A stretch of 53,244 nucleotides of DNA, from positions 1 through 53,244 of the IMG/VR virus record IMGVR_UViG_3300027734_000097, one strand, 5' to 3'. Of this stretch, positions 39,201 to 47,817 are shown in pieces. Both the position numbers and the translations under genes were made by a program. The notes under the pieces were generated by a model. That model searched no databases, was not told the DNA's origin, and worked only from the letters and a program-made list of their open reading frames with translations. Numbering within the stretch: the stretch's first letter is position 1; the number at the start of each line of letters is the position of its first letter. Source of the stretch: a virus (Duplodnaviria > Caudoviricetes).

Positions 39201-39919
39201 ACCCTATGGACGCAACTAAACTACGTAATGAATTAGGTAGAGCCTTTGTAGATGGATTAGGAAGCCCTAACTTGATGCCACAAGGTGTAAGAGGTATTGT
39301 TGAGGTAGCTACTAATCATAACTTCTTAACAGGTAATCCTATTGTAGGACGAGGTTTAGAGAATTTAAAAACATCAGAACAATTTACAGAAAATACTTCT
39401 GAACTTGCTAAACTATTCGGTCAAACAGAAATTATCTCACCACTTAAACTAGATCATTTATTAAAGGGTTATGGTGGTACGATGGCATCAGGTGCTTTAT
39501 ATACAACCGATGCATTTGCTAATCTATTCTTTGATAATAAACTACCTACAACACCATTACATAGAGTGCCACTCATAGGTAGCTTTATGTATTCACCTAA
39601 TGGTAAAGATCAACTTAATGATTACTACGACCTTAAAGATAGGTCAGATGAAGTCACAGCTACTTTAAATAAATATATGAAGTTTGGTACTAGAGAACAA
39701 GTTAAAGAATTCGCTGAAGAAAATAGAGCAATGATAAATATTAGATCTCAAATTAATCAGATAGGAACTATGATGAAGACATTACGTGAACAACGTAAGA
39801 GAGTTATTATTAGTAATTTAAGTTCTGATGAGAAACGTGCTAAGATTGATGAGCTTGATTTACGTATTAATAAACAAGTAGAAACTATTGGTGCACTACG
39901 AGTTAAAGCAGGGCTTTAA
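33209..39919 (+). CDS. Large polyvalent internal virion protein (zincin-like HE motif, ART-PolyVal-like ADP-ribosyltransferase domain, LPD38-like C-terminus)
   Basis: 2236 aa; LLHEVGVHYG (~36236-36265) with downstream EEVLA; FKAWFGKSKIVD...LYHGT...GFYFT...VYL...GYDGVI...EYVAF...QIKSATGNRGTFD (~36610-37105); PFMNAYIQG and SPLKLDHLLKGYGG in the C-terminal region. Confidence 0.8.
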   Translation: MPIARFQMPDGKIAKYEVPEGLSPEEVENLIQQEIGLQKQELEAHQKKTGFMPALKAGARGFLGGAEEALGFDKAAAEQFQKAAQSYEGTTEEDIARAKEQGVLSTIGAYKSKYLTEPLGGIVGRFGAPMAAAAVLPESLIGTGAAAALARAGAMYATDLPAEVGENIQRQKERGQEVDRGAATLAGLAQAAIAAVGIPGSGAITKLLGPRLLAEAEALAPRVRAGVLTQEQAVQQLSSKGIEFARATAANAVTGTGLMIGTEELRRAQAGQEFMTPEELKETAVQGLAIAPVFGALHGFGARGKAEAYLTEAQKAREEQVKNILDTRYKLASTDEKVRLQKMMEDEQFKEQLRTKIHSETDRPVQEIIDEVVGVKAEPTEKETEKAQKNVKAALNEPSGQWVVDPETQVERQLTIGELQKIQNPELFTGEEANIVEPTIVTDKTLTDLGIGASTPLVKKGGLRGLDLNKPEEAQQFIEGITAFGSQAKLDQKIKDAIDTKVKELQDKQKEAEDARLRTAGDTSGVQISGRPGQESVAGEPTTTDRLRADELTTDTRPTEMGTQGRGTPLAPTSKEVLKSSKELTPEAKDLLSTVDKGGVPGFMTNNLRRIAKENGIEVTPKDTPNTVIDRLRSKQAPETKEVIKTADELAKEYKGPTLLAQLKRLGGVSLADKLDVTGERARPAPGGYNTIFTSKTEKGLMNHIESGSLDEFLPYDMRLQGGMHEARGEAYDPRPAYDYLADRISNGEKILPFELEQNMRQAKEIERDMAQEEAPLRTLESYPEGTTIEQARAKPRESISEFLARATPEELEAFRQKNRALDMSDEGRRLRAEEQANKDLAEAASVEKDIMYAKYEPLKPDWITSDVWSKYDFAQEMRKRAESGKDFDIGNDYQAHRALEKAVKQAYPEKDVRDVLARVKDEYDAKVMPIKEARGEAALTRETPETIIKALKERFGNNVQKAIEREDLVLIKSKDVPTNIAKDAVAYFEKGVAHLIVDRLSREDAPRKLLHEVGVHYGLEGMLGKALYKDVLRTINRLKETDKDVKAAFDHVSKRYKDLKPDAFTEEVLARLGESAPNHSIWRRAVAAIKEFLFKKGLWNPNRMDVRDILDLVNRSTQKSLAGEVRPLTRTDNFKAWFGKSKIVDGEGVPLRLYHGTSENFDVFKHPSETKGPKGGFIDTQGFYFTADPGVAEVYADHFGRNIKYGPKGLIRKAANQTIVPVYLRMENPFVVDMKKPFDHPSHEAIKQGRIDNEVMTNLKSKGYDGVILKKDNGRNEYVAFDANQIKSATGNRGTFDIERPEIQYAKGEERTAPISEQYKATKVFASPAEEADKSFKEHVGGILDRAKNIDRGTMDRAFTGARIKVANPAAGVQTELIRKYNGAVVDAMGNMRADIAHDQALDSNILGATSAKYGRVVLDKAMGAKVVDDPNNLYAVFDQLKVLSSRIGAVDAEHVGGAYLQALRYDEILKANDSIDAKIDNLKENLKKDKKEAYAKGKPKDINAYKELENKTARLIVELKDKKKEVSDAQKAAIPAALDYANQFPEIKRIAEIYDKIRLDEIDMLEKAGVYGKDFAQKLRETKGYVPLFRVMDDIEAIPGNEGARQYFRGLADIGKEYAFEGSERRALNIFDNMLTRHMWAVNAAVRNFANRRIADELAIRTEDGKLKTYNIMPEGKADVMTPIWIDGKRTYVEYADPFFARAVYGVEPALPGILGWFGKASKILRTGVTALPTFQIYQVFNDATRAAMISGVNHPFKLIGEVVSSFGKILKDQENDPIVREMNRLGISGGYGHTSKEIADKIRRDQGMLATSLTQKAFDKAEKFAATSDMAQRRALFKRSLLETGGVEQPDGSIIGGNKVLAMDRAMNIIHWQKHGTSNSVRVLSQIVPFMNAYIQGMDILLRSMKGEGISGRERKEAQWLFVSTALKLSALATIYSMAVSSDEEYQKLDDRTKVRSLIIPGTGFKIPVSNEVAMLTKAIPELGWQYVTRADTNNPMDATKLRNELGRAFVDGLGSPNLMPQGVRGIVEVATNHNFLTGNPIVGRGLENLKTSEQFTENTSELAKLFGQTEIISPLKLDHLLKGYGGTMASGALYTTDAFANLFFDNKLPTTPLHRVPLIGSFMYSPNGKDQLNDYYDLKDRSDEVTATLNKYMKFGTREQVKEFAEENRAMINIRSQINQIGTMMKTLREQRKRVIISNLSSDEKRAKIDELDLRINKQVETIGALRVKAGL

Positions 39920-40116
39920 GCAATACGCCAAGCCCTAACACCTAAGCAACCATCTTTCATAGTTACAAAAGCTTTTACTTTAACACCCGCTCTTTTAGCT
40001 CCATTTTCTATCGCATAGATTAGAGGCGAAGTCTTTAGAGTGGGGATAAAAAAACTCTCCCCTATCTCCATAGCTTCAAACGGGAATACCCATTCGGGTT
40101 CATTATGCAGGCTCAT
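39916..40116 (-). CDS. Small conserved phage protein (putative DNA-binding)
   Basis: FPFEAMEIGESFFIP...GVRAWR pattern; coupled to the primase gene. Confidence 0.7.
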   Translation of the reverse strand: MSLHNEPEWVFPFEAMEIGESFFIPTLKTSPLIYAIENGAKRAGVKVKAFVTMKDGCLGVRAWRIA

Positions 40117-42955
40117 TCATACCCTTTAATGCTCTTTCAGACAATTTAGTTGTATTAAATACATAGGTCTCTGTATTGATTGTACCTGTTGCATCTTTCC
40201 AACCTGTACCCATACGCTTACGAGCCTCTTTAACATCTATACCAGCTTGTTGCATTTGGAATACAAACTCCCTTGAGCTTACCATATTCTCTGATAAGAA
40301 CTTTCTAAACTCAGGTTTAGATATAAATATTAAGGAGCTATCTACTTCGGCTCTAATAACTAATGGTGATCTTGGTTCCATCGATGTCTTACCATCTTTA
40401 AATGCAAGGATACCTGTTTGATGCATGTTAATAAACTCACCAATAAGTGCTTCATAATCAATAGCATTGACCTTAACGACATTATCTCTGATCGCTACCA
40501 TTTCACCTACAATTTTTTTATAAACTTTATCTAAATCATATTGAACAATCCCTGCCTTAGCCGCTATTTGACCACCTGTTAATGATGCGGCAATTAAGTT
40601 TTCATAGAATCGATAAGCTGTGTCTTCACCAAAATCTTTTCTAAATCGGTCAACCCATTTATCCATCATGCCTTTTATATCATCATCAGTATATTTAAAT
40701 AAGACTCTAATAAACTCACGCCCTGCCCAGCCATAATTAAATCTAAACTTATCAAAGATTTCTTTACCAAGTGTCGGATCATCATTAAAAGCTTGTGGTT
40801 TTCTAACTGCAAACTCAATTAACCTAGCAACCTCACCATTAGGATCTTTCTTTAAAATAGTAAGTTTGTCATAGAGTGAATGGTTAGAAGTAAACACAGC
40901 AATCAATGATGCTGACATCTCGTGATCACGTTCTGCATTAACTGATGCTTGCATACGAATCTTTGATTTGCCCTGTGAAATCTTATGGATTAATTGGGAC
41001 AAGGTTTTAGGCAACATATTACCCACCTCATCTAAACCAAATGGAATGTTATGAAGACCTAGATAACGACCTGTCATACCATTTTCTGTTGCATCTAACA
41101 CGGATAAATCTTTAGGATTACCCCAAACAGATAAACAACTATATAGAGCTCCTGTTTTAGCTGCACCTGATTCACCTGTTAGACAGACTGTCACGCCGGA
41201 AGTAGAAGTATAATTCATTAAGATTGAGCCAAACCCTGTTAACAAAGTAAAGGCATGAAGCTCAAGACTATCTTTATTAAGTTTTTCAGCAGCTATTTTC
41301 CAATCATTAAATGACCCTGCTGTATTCAAATGTTTAGCTATACCTCTGCATAATGGTGAAGTAGGCGATGATATTTCTTGACCATCTTTCATGATCTCTG
41401 TTTCACCTACAACAAATGATTCATGGTTATCTGTCCAACCCATTTGCATACGCATAATTTCTGCTGCATTTTTAGTCATTAAATAATGACCCCATTTAAT
41501 TATATAGTTCATCATAAGTTGTGTTCCTTTTGGATCTGGATTAATTAATACCCCTTGACTTGAAATGATTTCTCTTAACTTTTCTGATGCATATACAAAA
41601 CGCATAGGAAGTATAAATTCTCTTTCAGGATCTCTAGGTAATACTGCTTTCATTAATAAACAATCGCCATCTGTAGGACTATAAATCCTTTTAAGAGGGT
41701 ATAAATCATAGAGTGATACTAATATAGGTTGTTGAGAAACTGCTTTTCCCTCTTCAAATTTATCAGGAGGCGTCCAATAAATACCACCATGTATGCCATA
41801 TACATATGGGAATAGTTCTTCAGGTAATGAATTTAGCCCTCTTTTTAAAACAGTATTTTCTTTAACTACTTCTAAGGCATTAGCAGGAATAATTTGTTCT
41901 ATAGGTGTAGATTCTTCTGCAACGGCTATCTTAAATACTTTACCTAATGCTAATGGATTAGTAACTTTTCCACGATGAGGACACCCTTCGCATACACCAG
42001 GATTAACATTGTTAAATGTCTCACATGAATGAGGCATACCTTGTGTGGCTTGTGCTTTCCTTATAGTTTCTTTTTCGTTATAGTTTGGATATTCTTTTGA
42101 GATTAAATGTATAGCTATATCTTTATCTACACAATGTTGAGCTATGGATAACCCTGAATACCATAAGGGTTCAGGTAAGGACTTAACATTCTCCATAATG
42201 AATGCAATCTGTGCACAACCTTTTCCTTCTTCACTATCTTCTACGAGCTTACCAAAATTAGATTCAAAGTTATCTAGCTTTAATGCTTTACGTTGATCTT
42301 CTGATAAACCTTTTGGAACGGATTGTAAGATTGACTCAAGTGTAGGTTCAACTTCACCTAAGAACTCTTTGATCTCATCAAATACATAGATAGGTATATC
42401 TTCACTTATCACTAGGGTCGGAGTAGGAGGCATAGTCTTGTGGTTAAATGTATCAGGACATCGTAAGATACGAGCCAAATCTGCCGTAACAACAGGGTCT
42501 ATATTAAGTCCACGACTTATACAATAATCTTTAAATTTCTCCGCGTAAGGTTTCCATTCAGCTGCGGGAATGTCTCTATCAAACAACCAATAAAGATGTA
42601 TGCCTGTGCCTGAATCAATCTTAACAGGTGGAGGTAAGTTATTTTCTAATATAAATTGGTCAGCCGCCTTAAGTGCGGACTCTTTTGAATCGTAGCCTTT
42701 GCCTTCGCCAACATCAAGATCAACAAAGAAAGACCTAACGAACTTAGCCTCATCAGCTTTACGACTATATCCACTAAATGAACTGAGTGCGACAAAGATA
42801 TTTAATCCTGTATCACGCTTCTCGTTAATAAATGTTTCTAAGTCGACTAGGTTTTCTACAAACTTATGTTTGACTAACTTAACTATCGGGTCAATCGTAG
42901 CTATGCAATAGACTCCGCTTTCGGGTAATGCTTTTGTATAAAATTCTTTAATCAT
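40103..42955 (-). CDS. Primase-helicase (AEP/RepB-like primase + DUF927 + P-loop domain)
   Basis: FFVDLD, DSGTGIHLYW, RILRCPDTFNHK primase motifs; Cys cluster (HSCETF...CEGCPH); QMGW; Walker A GESGAAKT; Walker B GLDE. Confidence 0.88.
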   Translation of the reverse strand: MIKEFYTKALPESGVYCIATIDPIVKLVKHKFVENLVDLETFINEKRDTGLNIFVALSSFSGYSRKADEAKFVRSFFVDLDVGEGKGYDSKESALKAADQFILENNLPPPVKIDSGTGIHLYWLFDRDIPAAEWKPYAEKFKDYCISRGLNIDPVVTADLARILRCPDTFNHKTMPPTPTLVISEDIPIYVFDEIKEFLGEVEPTLESILQSVPKGLSEDQRKALKLDNFESNFGKLVEDSEEGKGCAQIAFIMENVKSLPEPLWYSGLSIAQHCVDKDIAIHLISKEYPNYNEKETIRKAQATQGMPHSCETFNNVNPGVCEGCPHRGKVTNPLALGKVFKIAVAEESTPIEQIIPANALEVVKENTVLKRGLNSLPEELFPYVYGIHGGIYWTPPDKFEEGKAVSQQPILVSLYDLYPLKRIYSPTDGDCLLMKAVLPRDPEREFILPMRFVYASEKLREIISSQGVLINPDPKGTQLMMNYIIKWGHYLMTKNAAEIMRMQMGWTDNHESFVVGETEIMKDGQEISSPTSPLCRGIAKHLNTAGSFNDWKIAAEKLNKDSLELHAFTLLTGFGSILMNYTSTSGVTVCLTGESGAAKTGALYSCLSVWGNPKDLSVLDATENGMTGRYLGLHNIPFGLDEVGNMLPKTLSQLIHKISQGKSKIRMQASVNAERDHEMSASLIAVFTSNHSLYDKLTILKKDPNGEVARLIEFAVRKPQAFNDDPTLGKEIFDKFRFNYGWAGREFIRVLFKYTDDDIKGMMDKWVDRFRKDFGEDTAYRFYENLIAASLTGGQIAAKAGIVQYDLDKVYKKIVGEMVAIRDNVVKVNAIDYEALIGEFINMHQTGILAFKDGKTSMEPRSPLVIRAEVDSSLIFISKPEFRKFLSENMVSSREFVFQMQQAGIDVKEARKRMGTGWKDATGTINTETYVFNTTKLSERALKGMNEPA

Positions 42956-42997
42956 AATTGCAGTGACTTTCTATTTTTTTAGTCAACAGTATCCCGT

Positions 42998-43013
42998 CAC
43001 ACAAATTTGTGTG
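42998..43013. promoter_or_regulatory. Perfect 16-bp palindrome (possible operator/origin element)
   Basis: CACACAAATTTGTGTG in the intergenic gap between the HTH gene and the primase gene. Confidence 0.45.
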
Positions 43014-43054
43014 TTTTCAAAATGTACAACGGGGATTCCTATTCTACTACTTTT

Positions 43055-43366
43055 TTATATTTTGTCGATATGAATCGTCTGTAAATATTTTTTAGCATCA
43101 ATCGTATTAGGTACAGGTAATACCCCACCCTCCAAATCCGTCTTGACTTTTTCAATAAAATTCTCTACCTTATTTGCGTTCTTATCGTTAATTGCTTTAC
43201 CTCTAAACCAATAGTAAACCGACATACGATGTACCCCTAGTGTATTAGCGACTAGGTTAGGAGGCAGGTTAGCTTCTACACAAACTTTACCTAACTGCAC
43301 TCCCAATCTTTTCGGGTTTAAATTAGCAAGGCTTAGCAAATACTTATCGCTGTATGACTTTGCCAT
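43055..43366 (-). CDS. Helix-turn-helix DNA-binding protein (XRE/Cro-like)
   Basis: PPNLVANTLGVHRMSVYYWFRG helix-turn-helix. Confidence 0.8.
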   Translation of the reverse strand: MAKSYSDKYLLSLANLNPKRLGVQLGKVCVEANLPPNLVANTLGVHRMSVYYWFRGKAINDKNANKVENFIEKVKTDLEGGVLPVPNTIDAKKYLQTIHIDKI

Positions 43367-43376
43367 AATATCCTCT

Positions 43377-44273
43377 CTAATTTTTCACTGACCATTTTTT
43401 AACAATGTCGCCCACACCTGCTGTATTAGTTGAAGGTGCTGTAGGTGCTACTATTGGTTGTTCTCTTAATACAGGTTCTGCTAGATCAGATTGAACTGTA
43501 GGTTGAGGTGTTGGTTGTACTACTTGAGGTTGAGCAGGTGCTTCGCCTTCTGTAGTTTGTTCACCTTGATATACAGTTAATCTAACTGCTGATTCTGCCG
43601 CTTGAGATTTAGCTTGCTTCTCAATGATTGCATATTGTTCAGGTGGAACTGCACCAATCGGTGAGAACAATACTTTAGGCGTAGGAGACTTAGTATCAAA
43701 TTGCATCTTAGTAATGATGCGTGAAGCACTAACATTATTGTTAGCTAACATTTGAACATAAGGTCTGAAACCCCATTTACCATTGTCTTCTTTTTGCCAG
43801 CAAGATGTTGAAGGTAATACTAATTGCATCACGTCACTATCTGGTTGATCTGGTAATACCACTGCTGTTCTCCAAGATAAACGACATGCTGAACCATTAC
43901 CTGCTACAGAATTCTTAACACTGTATGGGCATTGATCGCATGAAGCTGCGGGAGGATTTTTAACATCAGTATCAGGTGTACGAGAATCAGTAGACCAACA
44001 TGTTGGAACAATCTTCTCACCATCTTTATATGATGAAGCATAGTACATTCTTGATGCATTATGAGCCATCTTAACAATGATGACGTTCATGTGTCGGTCT
44101 TCAATAGCACCAACTTCTTTACCACCTGCATACTTACGGAAGACTCCGCCTTTGATTGAGATACGTTTGCTTGTATTGACTGCACCACCCGCTACGGCTA
44201 GAGTATCTGCATCTAGCCCTGTTTGAACAAGAGCTGGGTTGTTCTGTAATATAACTGATAATTCATTACTCAT
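43377..44273 (-). CDS. Probable single-stranded DNA-binding/annealing protein
   Basis: RISIKGGVFR, PTCWSTD, CDQCP, GSACR motifs; flexible P/Q tail ending in W; located in the replication cluster. Confidence 0.6.
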   Translation of the reverse strand: MSNELSVILQNNPALVQTGLDADTLAVAGGAVNTSKRISIKGGVFRKYAGGKEVGAIEDRHMNVIIVKMAHNASRMYYASSYKDGEKIVPTCWSTDSRTPDTDVKNPPAASCDQCPYSVKNSVAGNGSACRLSWRTAVVLPDQPDSDVMQLVLPSTSCWQKEDNGKWGFRPYVQMLANNNVSASRIITKMQFDTKSPTPKVLFSPIGAVPPEQYAIIEKQAKSQAAESAVRLTVYQGEQTTEGEAPAQPQVVQPTPQPTVQSDLAEPVLREQPIVAPTAPSTNTAGVGDIVKKWSVKN

Positions 44274-44283
44274 AATCTACTCC

Positions 44284-44718
44284 TTAATATTTATTCACTG
44301 GTTTTTTAATTGTAATACTGTACTCTCTCATGGAACTCATGCCTGGAGGTAATCCATCTTCACCGTGATTCGCCATATATTCTCTAATATTAGAGTTATG
44401 TAGGCGTTGTTGTAAGAACTCAATCATATTGTTCTCAACGATAAAAGATTTAAGATTATCCCAATCACTACAAACATAAGTTTCACGGAGGGTTTTAATA
44501 ACTGTGCCTTGACCCGTCCTAATACTATCAGCATGTATAGCATTACATTTTTGTAATAATGCTTGTTCTAACTGAACTTGTTCTGCTTTTAATTCCGCAT
44601 CTTTTACTTGGAATTCATTAGACATTTTCTCACGTTCAGATCTAATAGTCAAATACGTTTTGACTAGTGTATCTATTTCTACACTACTATCTTCTACTTC
44701 TACATTAACATCACTCAT
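44284..44718 (-). CDS. Conserved phage replication-region protein
   Basis: N-terminal coiled coil, SIRTGQGTV, DWD, LQQRL, LPPG motifs. Confidence 0.7.
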   Translation of the reverse strand: MSDVNVEVEDSSVEIDTLVKTYLTIRSEREKMSNEFQVKDAELKAEQVQLEQALLQKCNAIHADSIRTGQGTVIKTLRETYVCSDWDNLKSFIVENNMIEFLQQRLHNSNIREYMANHGEDGLPPGMSSMREYSITIKKPVNKY

Positions 44719-46280
44719 ACTTCTAACTCCTCTCTATAAAGATCAACTAATTTAGTATGCATATCTACTTTACCCTGCAACATAGCATACATTTTCTTTT
44801 CTACATCTGAACCCTGTAAGTGAACTACTGTCATCTTATTTACCTGACCAACACGATCCATACGGGCAACGCATTGTAGATAAGTTTCAACTGACATCAC
44901 AGGTGACCAAAATACAATTGTATCTGCTCTTGTTAATGTGACGCCATGTGATGCTGACTGCGGTTGAATTACTAATACACGGGGGCTTTCTGTATTCTGA
45001 AATCTACCAATAATACTTGCTCGATGCGTAGCAGAAACATCACCATGAATCAACTCATTATCAATACCTTGTGCATTTAAATGTCTTGCCACAACTTCTA
45101 TTGTATGTCTGTAAGGCACAAAGATAATGATCTTGTGTTCTGTCTCTTCAATAACTTCATCTAAAGCTTTTAATCGTGGGGTAATATCAAACTCTACAAC
45201 TTGTTTTTTATCTGTATATACTGCTCCTCCTGAAATCTGTAATAATTTATTAAGACCTGCCGCCGCATTAACTGCACTAATCTGTGTGCCTGCCGCCTCG
45301 ATAAGCATCTGTTCTTTTAGCATCTTATAATACTTCTGAACTTGGGGCGTAAGAGGTACTTCTCTTGTTTGATACATAACATCAGGTAAATCTAAACAAT
45401 CATTCTTAGCATATCGAATAGCAGGTTGTAATACTTTAAAGACTTCATGCCTTGCGTTTGATTTAGGTAACCATTTAAAACGGGTCACTTGATACATGAC
45501 CTTATCACGCCAAGCCATACTAAATTTAGGAACATTCTGAGGACATACTAACTTAGCTAATCCAAATGCATCAACGGGAGACTGTGCCGCAGGCGTACCG
45601 GTGAGCATCCAAAGTCTTGTTTCAGGTTTTAATATTTTAGCTAGAGTTTTCCAACGAGTTGTGCTTGGACTCTTATAAGCATTTGCTTCATCAACAACAA
45701 CAAGATCAAAGCCACCATTAATAATCTCGTCTCTAATAATATTAACACCATCATAATTGATAATAATGTATTCATAATCCCCCGCTATAATCTTTTTTCT
45801 TTTATCTGCTGTGCCATGACACACTGCTGAGGTTCGATGCATCGCTGTGTTAAATATATCGTTTTGCCAAGCTGAATACATAATAGACAGAGGACAAATA
45901 ATAAGCACTCGTTTGATCTCACCCTGTGTCATTAAGTAATCTGATGCCCATACGACTGATGGTGTCTTACCTGTACCCGCCTCATTAAAACAAAATGCAC
46001 GACGATTGATACTTAAAAATTCAGATGTAACACGTTGATGGTCGAAGGGTTTATAAAGACCTGGCCATGCGTAGTCTCTTACAATAGGTGAAGGTAAGTT
46101 ACTTCTAAATGAAACAAGTTGGTTAAGCTTAGTCATTTCTTTTACACCCCAAAAGATAATCATCTCTGTAAGGTTACCTTTATGGCTAATGATTTCTGCT
46201 TTTTCTATATTACTTGTGATGTGCGGGACGATGTGCTCGGGCACAGTGAGTTGTATTGCGGTGTTATCTATGATTTGCAT
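44715..46280 (-). CDS. SNF2-family (SF2) helicase
   Basis: NEAGTGKT (motif I), VVDEA (II), LTGTP (III), HGVTLT (V), QCVARMDRVGQ (VI). Confidence 0.92.
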   Translation of the reverse strand: MQIIDNTAIQLTVPEHIVPHITSNIEKAEIISHKGNLTEMIIFWGVKEMTKLNQLVSFRSNLPSPIVRDYAWPGLYKPFDHQRVTSEFLSINRRAFCFNEAGTGKTPSVVWASDYLMTQGEIKRVLIICPLSIMYSAWQNDIFNTAMHRTSAVCHGTADKRKKIIAGDYEYIIINYDGVNIIRDEIINGGFDLVVVDEANAYKSPSTTRWKTLAKILKPETRLWMLTGTPAAQSPVDAFGLAKLVCPQNVPKFSMAWRDKVMYQVTRFKWLPKSNARHEVFKVLQPAIRYAKNDCLDLPDVMYQTREVPLTPQVQKYYKMLKEQMLIEAAGTQISAVNAAAGLNKLLQISGGAVYTDKKQVVEFDITPRLKALDEVIEETEHKIIIFVPYRHTIEVVARHLNAQGIDNELIHGDVSATHRASIIGRFQNTESPRVLVIQPQSASHGVTLTRADTIVFWSPVMSVETYLQCVARMDRVGQVNKMTVVHLQGSDVEKKMYAMLQGKVDMHTKLVDLYREELEV

Positions 46281-46341
46281 ATAATCCTATACTAAAATTT
46301 AACTAAGTCTCTCCGAGACTTCTATCTACTACGAACTATGT

Positions 46342-46370
46342 ATGTTACTACGTCTAATTACTATTGTCAA
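46342..46370 (-). promoter_or_regulatory. Sigma70 promoter for the helicase-SSB-primase operon
   Basis: Minus strand TTGACA (46370-46365)-17 nt-TAACAT (46347-46342) in the intergenic gap. Confidence 0.8.
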
Positions 46371-46383
46371 ATATTCTTTTACT

Positions 46384-47040
46384 TTATGTCTTATTATATT
46401 CACAATTTTTAACAGGACAAAATCTACATAAGGGTGTAGGGTTAGCTTGCCATACATTGAGCTCATAAGAATTATTAAGTCGACCAAGTGATTGTTCAAA
46501 AGACTTCCAATATTTATCTATATTATCTCTAGTATATTCTTCTGTTAAAAAACTATTGTGCATAACAAATAATAAACCTGCCTTGATCTTATTCACTTGA
46601 GGAAAGTGAACGAATGTCATCAATGCCATAAGCTTTAATTGTTTAGGGTCGGGATATTTATTACTACCTGTTTTATAATCTACAATAAAAGCATATTCAT
46701 TATCTACAATAAGTAAGTCAACGATACCACGAACCCAACGCCCATCATCTGTAAAATCACATTTAGTTTTGTCCTTATATAATGCCATTTCATATTCAGG
46801 ATACTTCTCACCAGGAATATCTATAAGGGCGTCAGCGGCAGGTTTAAAACGTAAGTAATTGAGGGCAAGTTCTTTACCGTCTTTAACATAATCTTCTAAA
46901 GCTTTATGAACTTCCGTGCCATAAATCATTTTCTCACTTGGAATAACTGTATAGTTATGAGCTACCCTTATTTCGTAATATTTTCTAGGACAATTCTCAT
47001 ACTCTTTTAAGGCAGAGTAAGACCAAGTGAAGTTAGCCAT
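46384..47040 (-). CDS. PD-(D/E)XK Cas4/RecB-like exonuclease
   Basis: WSYS...CPRKY, GTEVH, RGIVDL, IVDYKTG, QLKLMA, C-terminal CRFCPVKNC. Confidence 0.9.
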   Translation of the reverse strand: MANFTWSYSALKEYENCPRKYYEIRVAHNYTVIPSEKMIYGTEVHKALEDYVKDGKELALNYLRFKPAADALIDIPGEKYPEYEMALYKDKTKCDFTDDGRWVRGIVDLLIVDNEYAFIVDYKTGSNKYPDPKQLKLMALMTFVHFPQVNKIKAGLLFVMHNSFLTEEYTRDNIDKYWKSFEQSLGRLNNSYELNVWQANPTPLCRFCPVKNCEYNKT

Positions 47041-47219
47041 CAGATAGGGGTTCTTCTTGCAATCTCTTTAGCAATCTTTGCCCTCTTCTTACCTTCTTCA
47101 GCTTTATCTAATAACTCATATAGTTTTGTCATAGGTAATGCTTTAAGTCTATCCTTACCTGTTCTTGTTTTGAACGGATCAGCTTTACGTTTACTCTTAT
47201 GTATTTGTTGTGTCGCCAT
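47040..47219 (-). CDS. Small basic hypothetical protein (59 aa, MATQQIHKSKRKADPFKTRTGK...ARRTPI)
   Basis: Not in the track; translated by hand; TGATG-coupled to the nuclease start. Confidence 0.7.
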   Translation of the reverse strand: MATQQIHKSKRKADPFKTRTGKDRLKALPMTKLYELLDKAEEGKKRAKIAKEIARRTPI

Positions 47220-47817
47220 GATCTACCTTATATTTGTTTCGTTTAATTAAATTTTCTTTTGCGGGTATTACTTGTAAATTATCTGGAACATGTAGCCCTG
47301 AAACTAACTTTCCTTGTAATGGAATAATATGATCTACATGCCATTCAGTATCTGTTGTTTCATTTAAAAATAAAGCTAGTCCATATATAGTTTTTATTTT
47401 TTCGTAATCTTCTTTAGTTAACCATTTAGGCGTTCGTTTTATTTTGGCGGCTCTTCTTTTTGCTCTTAACGCGGCAGCAGCTTCTTTATTTTCTTGATGC
47501 CATCTTCTATTAGATTCATTATCTTTTTCTTTATGTTTTGCATAATATTCTTTTCTGTAGTTTTCTTGGTATTCTTTTGTTCTTTCTTTATATTCTTTAA
47601 ACTTATCTCTATTCTTTATATAATATTCTTTCCAATAACTTCTATCTCTTTTTTCTTTTCCCTTCTCTTTATTTTTTGCCCAATATTCTTTTCTATATTG
47701 TTTGATTTTTTCTATATTTTCTTCTATATACTTTCTTCTCTTTTCTTTAAGAATCTCTTTGTTTTTCTGATAATACCTTTTTTGTTTAGCGTATTTATCT
47801 TTAACTAGATCATTCAT
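47197..47817 (-). CDS. HNH endonuclease with repetitive charged N-terminus
   Basis: WHVDHIIPLQG...SGLHVPDNLQVIPAKEN..KRN; N-terminal Y/W-x-x-x-N-K-E/D repeats; AKRRAAK...TPKW linker. Confidence 0.9.
   Translation of the reverse strand: MNDLVKDKYAKQKRYYQKNKEILKEKRRKYIEENIEKIKQYRKEYWAKNKEKGKEKRDRSYWKEYYIKNRDKFKEYKERTKEYQENYRKEYYAKHKEKDNESNRRWHQENKEAAAALRAKRRAAKIKRTPKWLTKEDYEKIKTIYGLALFLNETTDTEWHVDHIIPLQGKLVSGLHVPDNLQVIPAKENLIKRNKYKVDHGDTTNT

Noticed and set aside
46305-46321. AAGTCTC-GGA-GAGACTT hairpin (minus strand) as a CsrA/RsmA site or terminator
   Set aside because: The hairpin is real but single, lacks the ANGGA context and has no U tract; function unsupported.
46384-47040. Cas4-like gene as evidence of a CRISPR-Cas system
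   Set aside because: No array or other cas genes; solo Cas4-like nucleases are common in phage replication modules.
47494-47808. Phe/Ile-rich + strand ORF resembling a membrane protein
   Set aside because: Antisense of the A-rich Lys/Glu repeats of the HNH gene.
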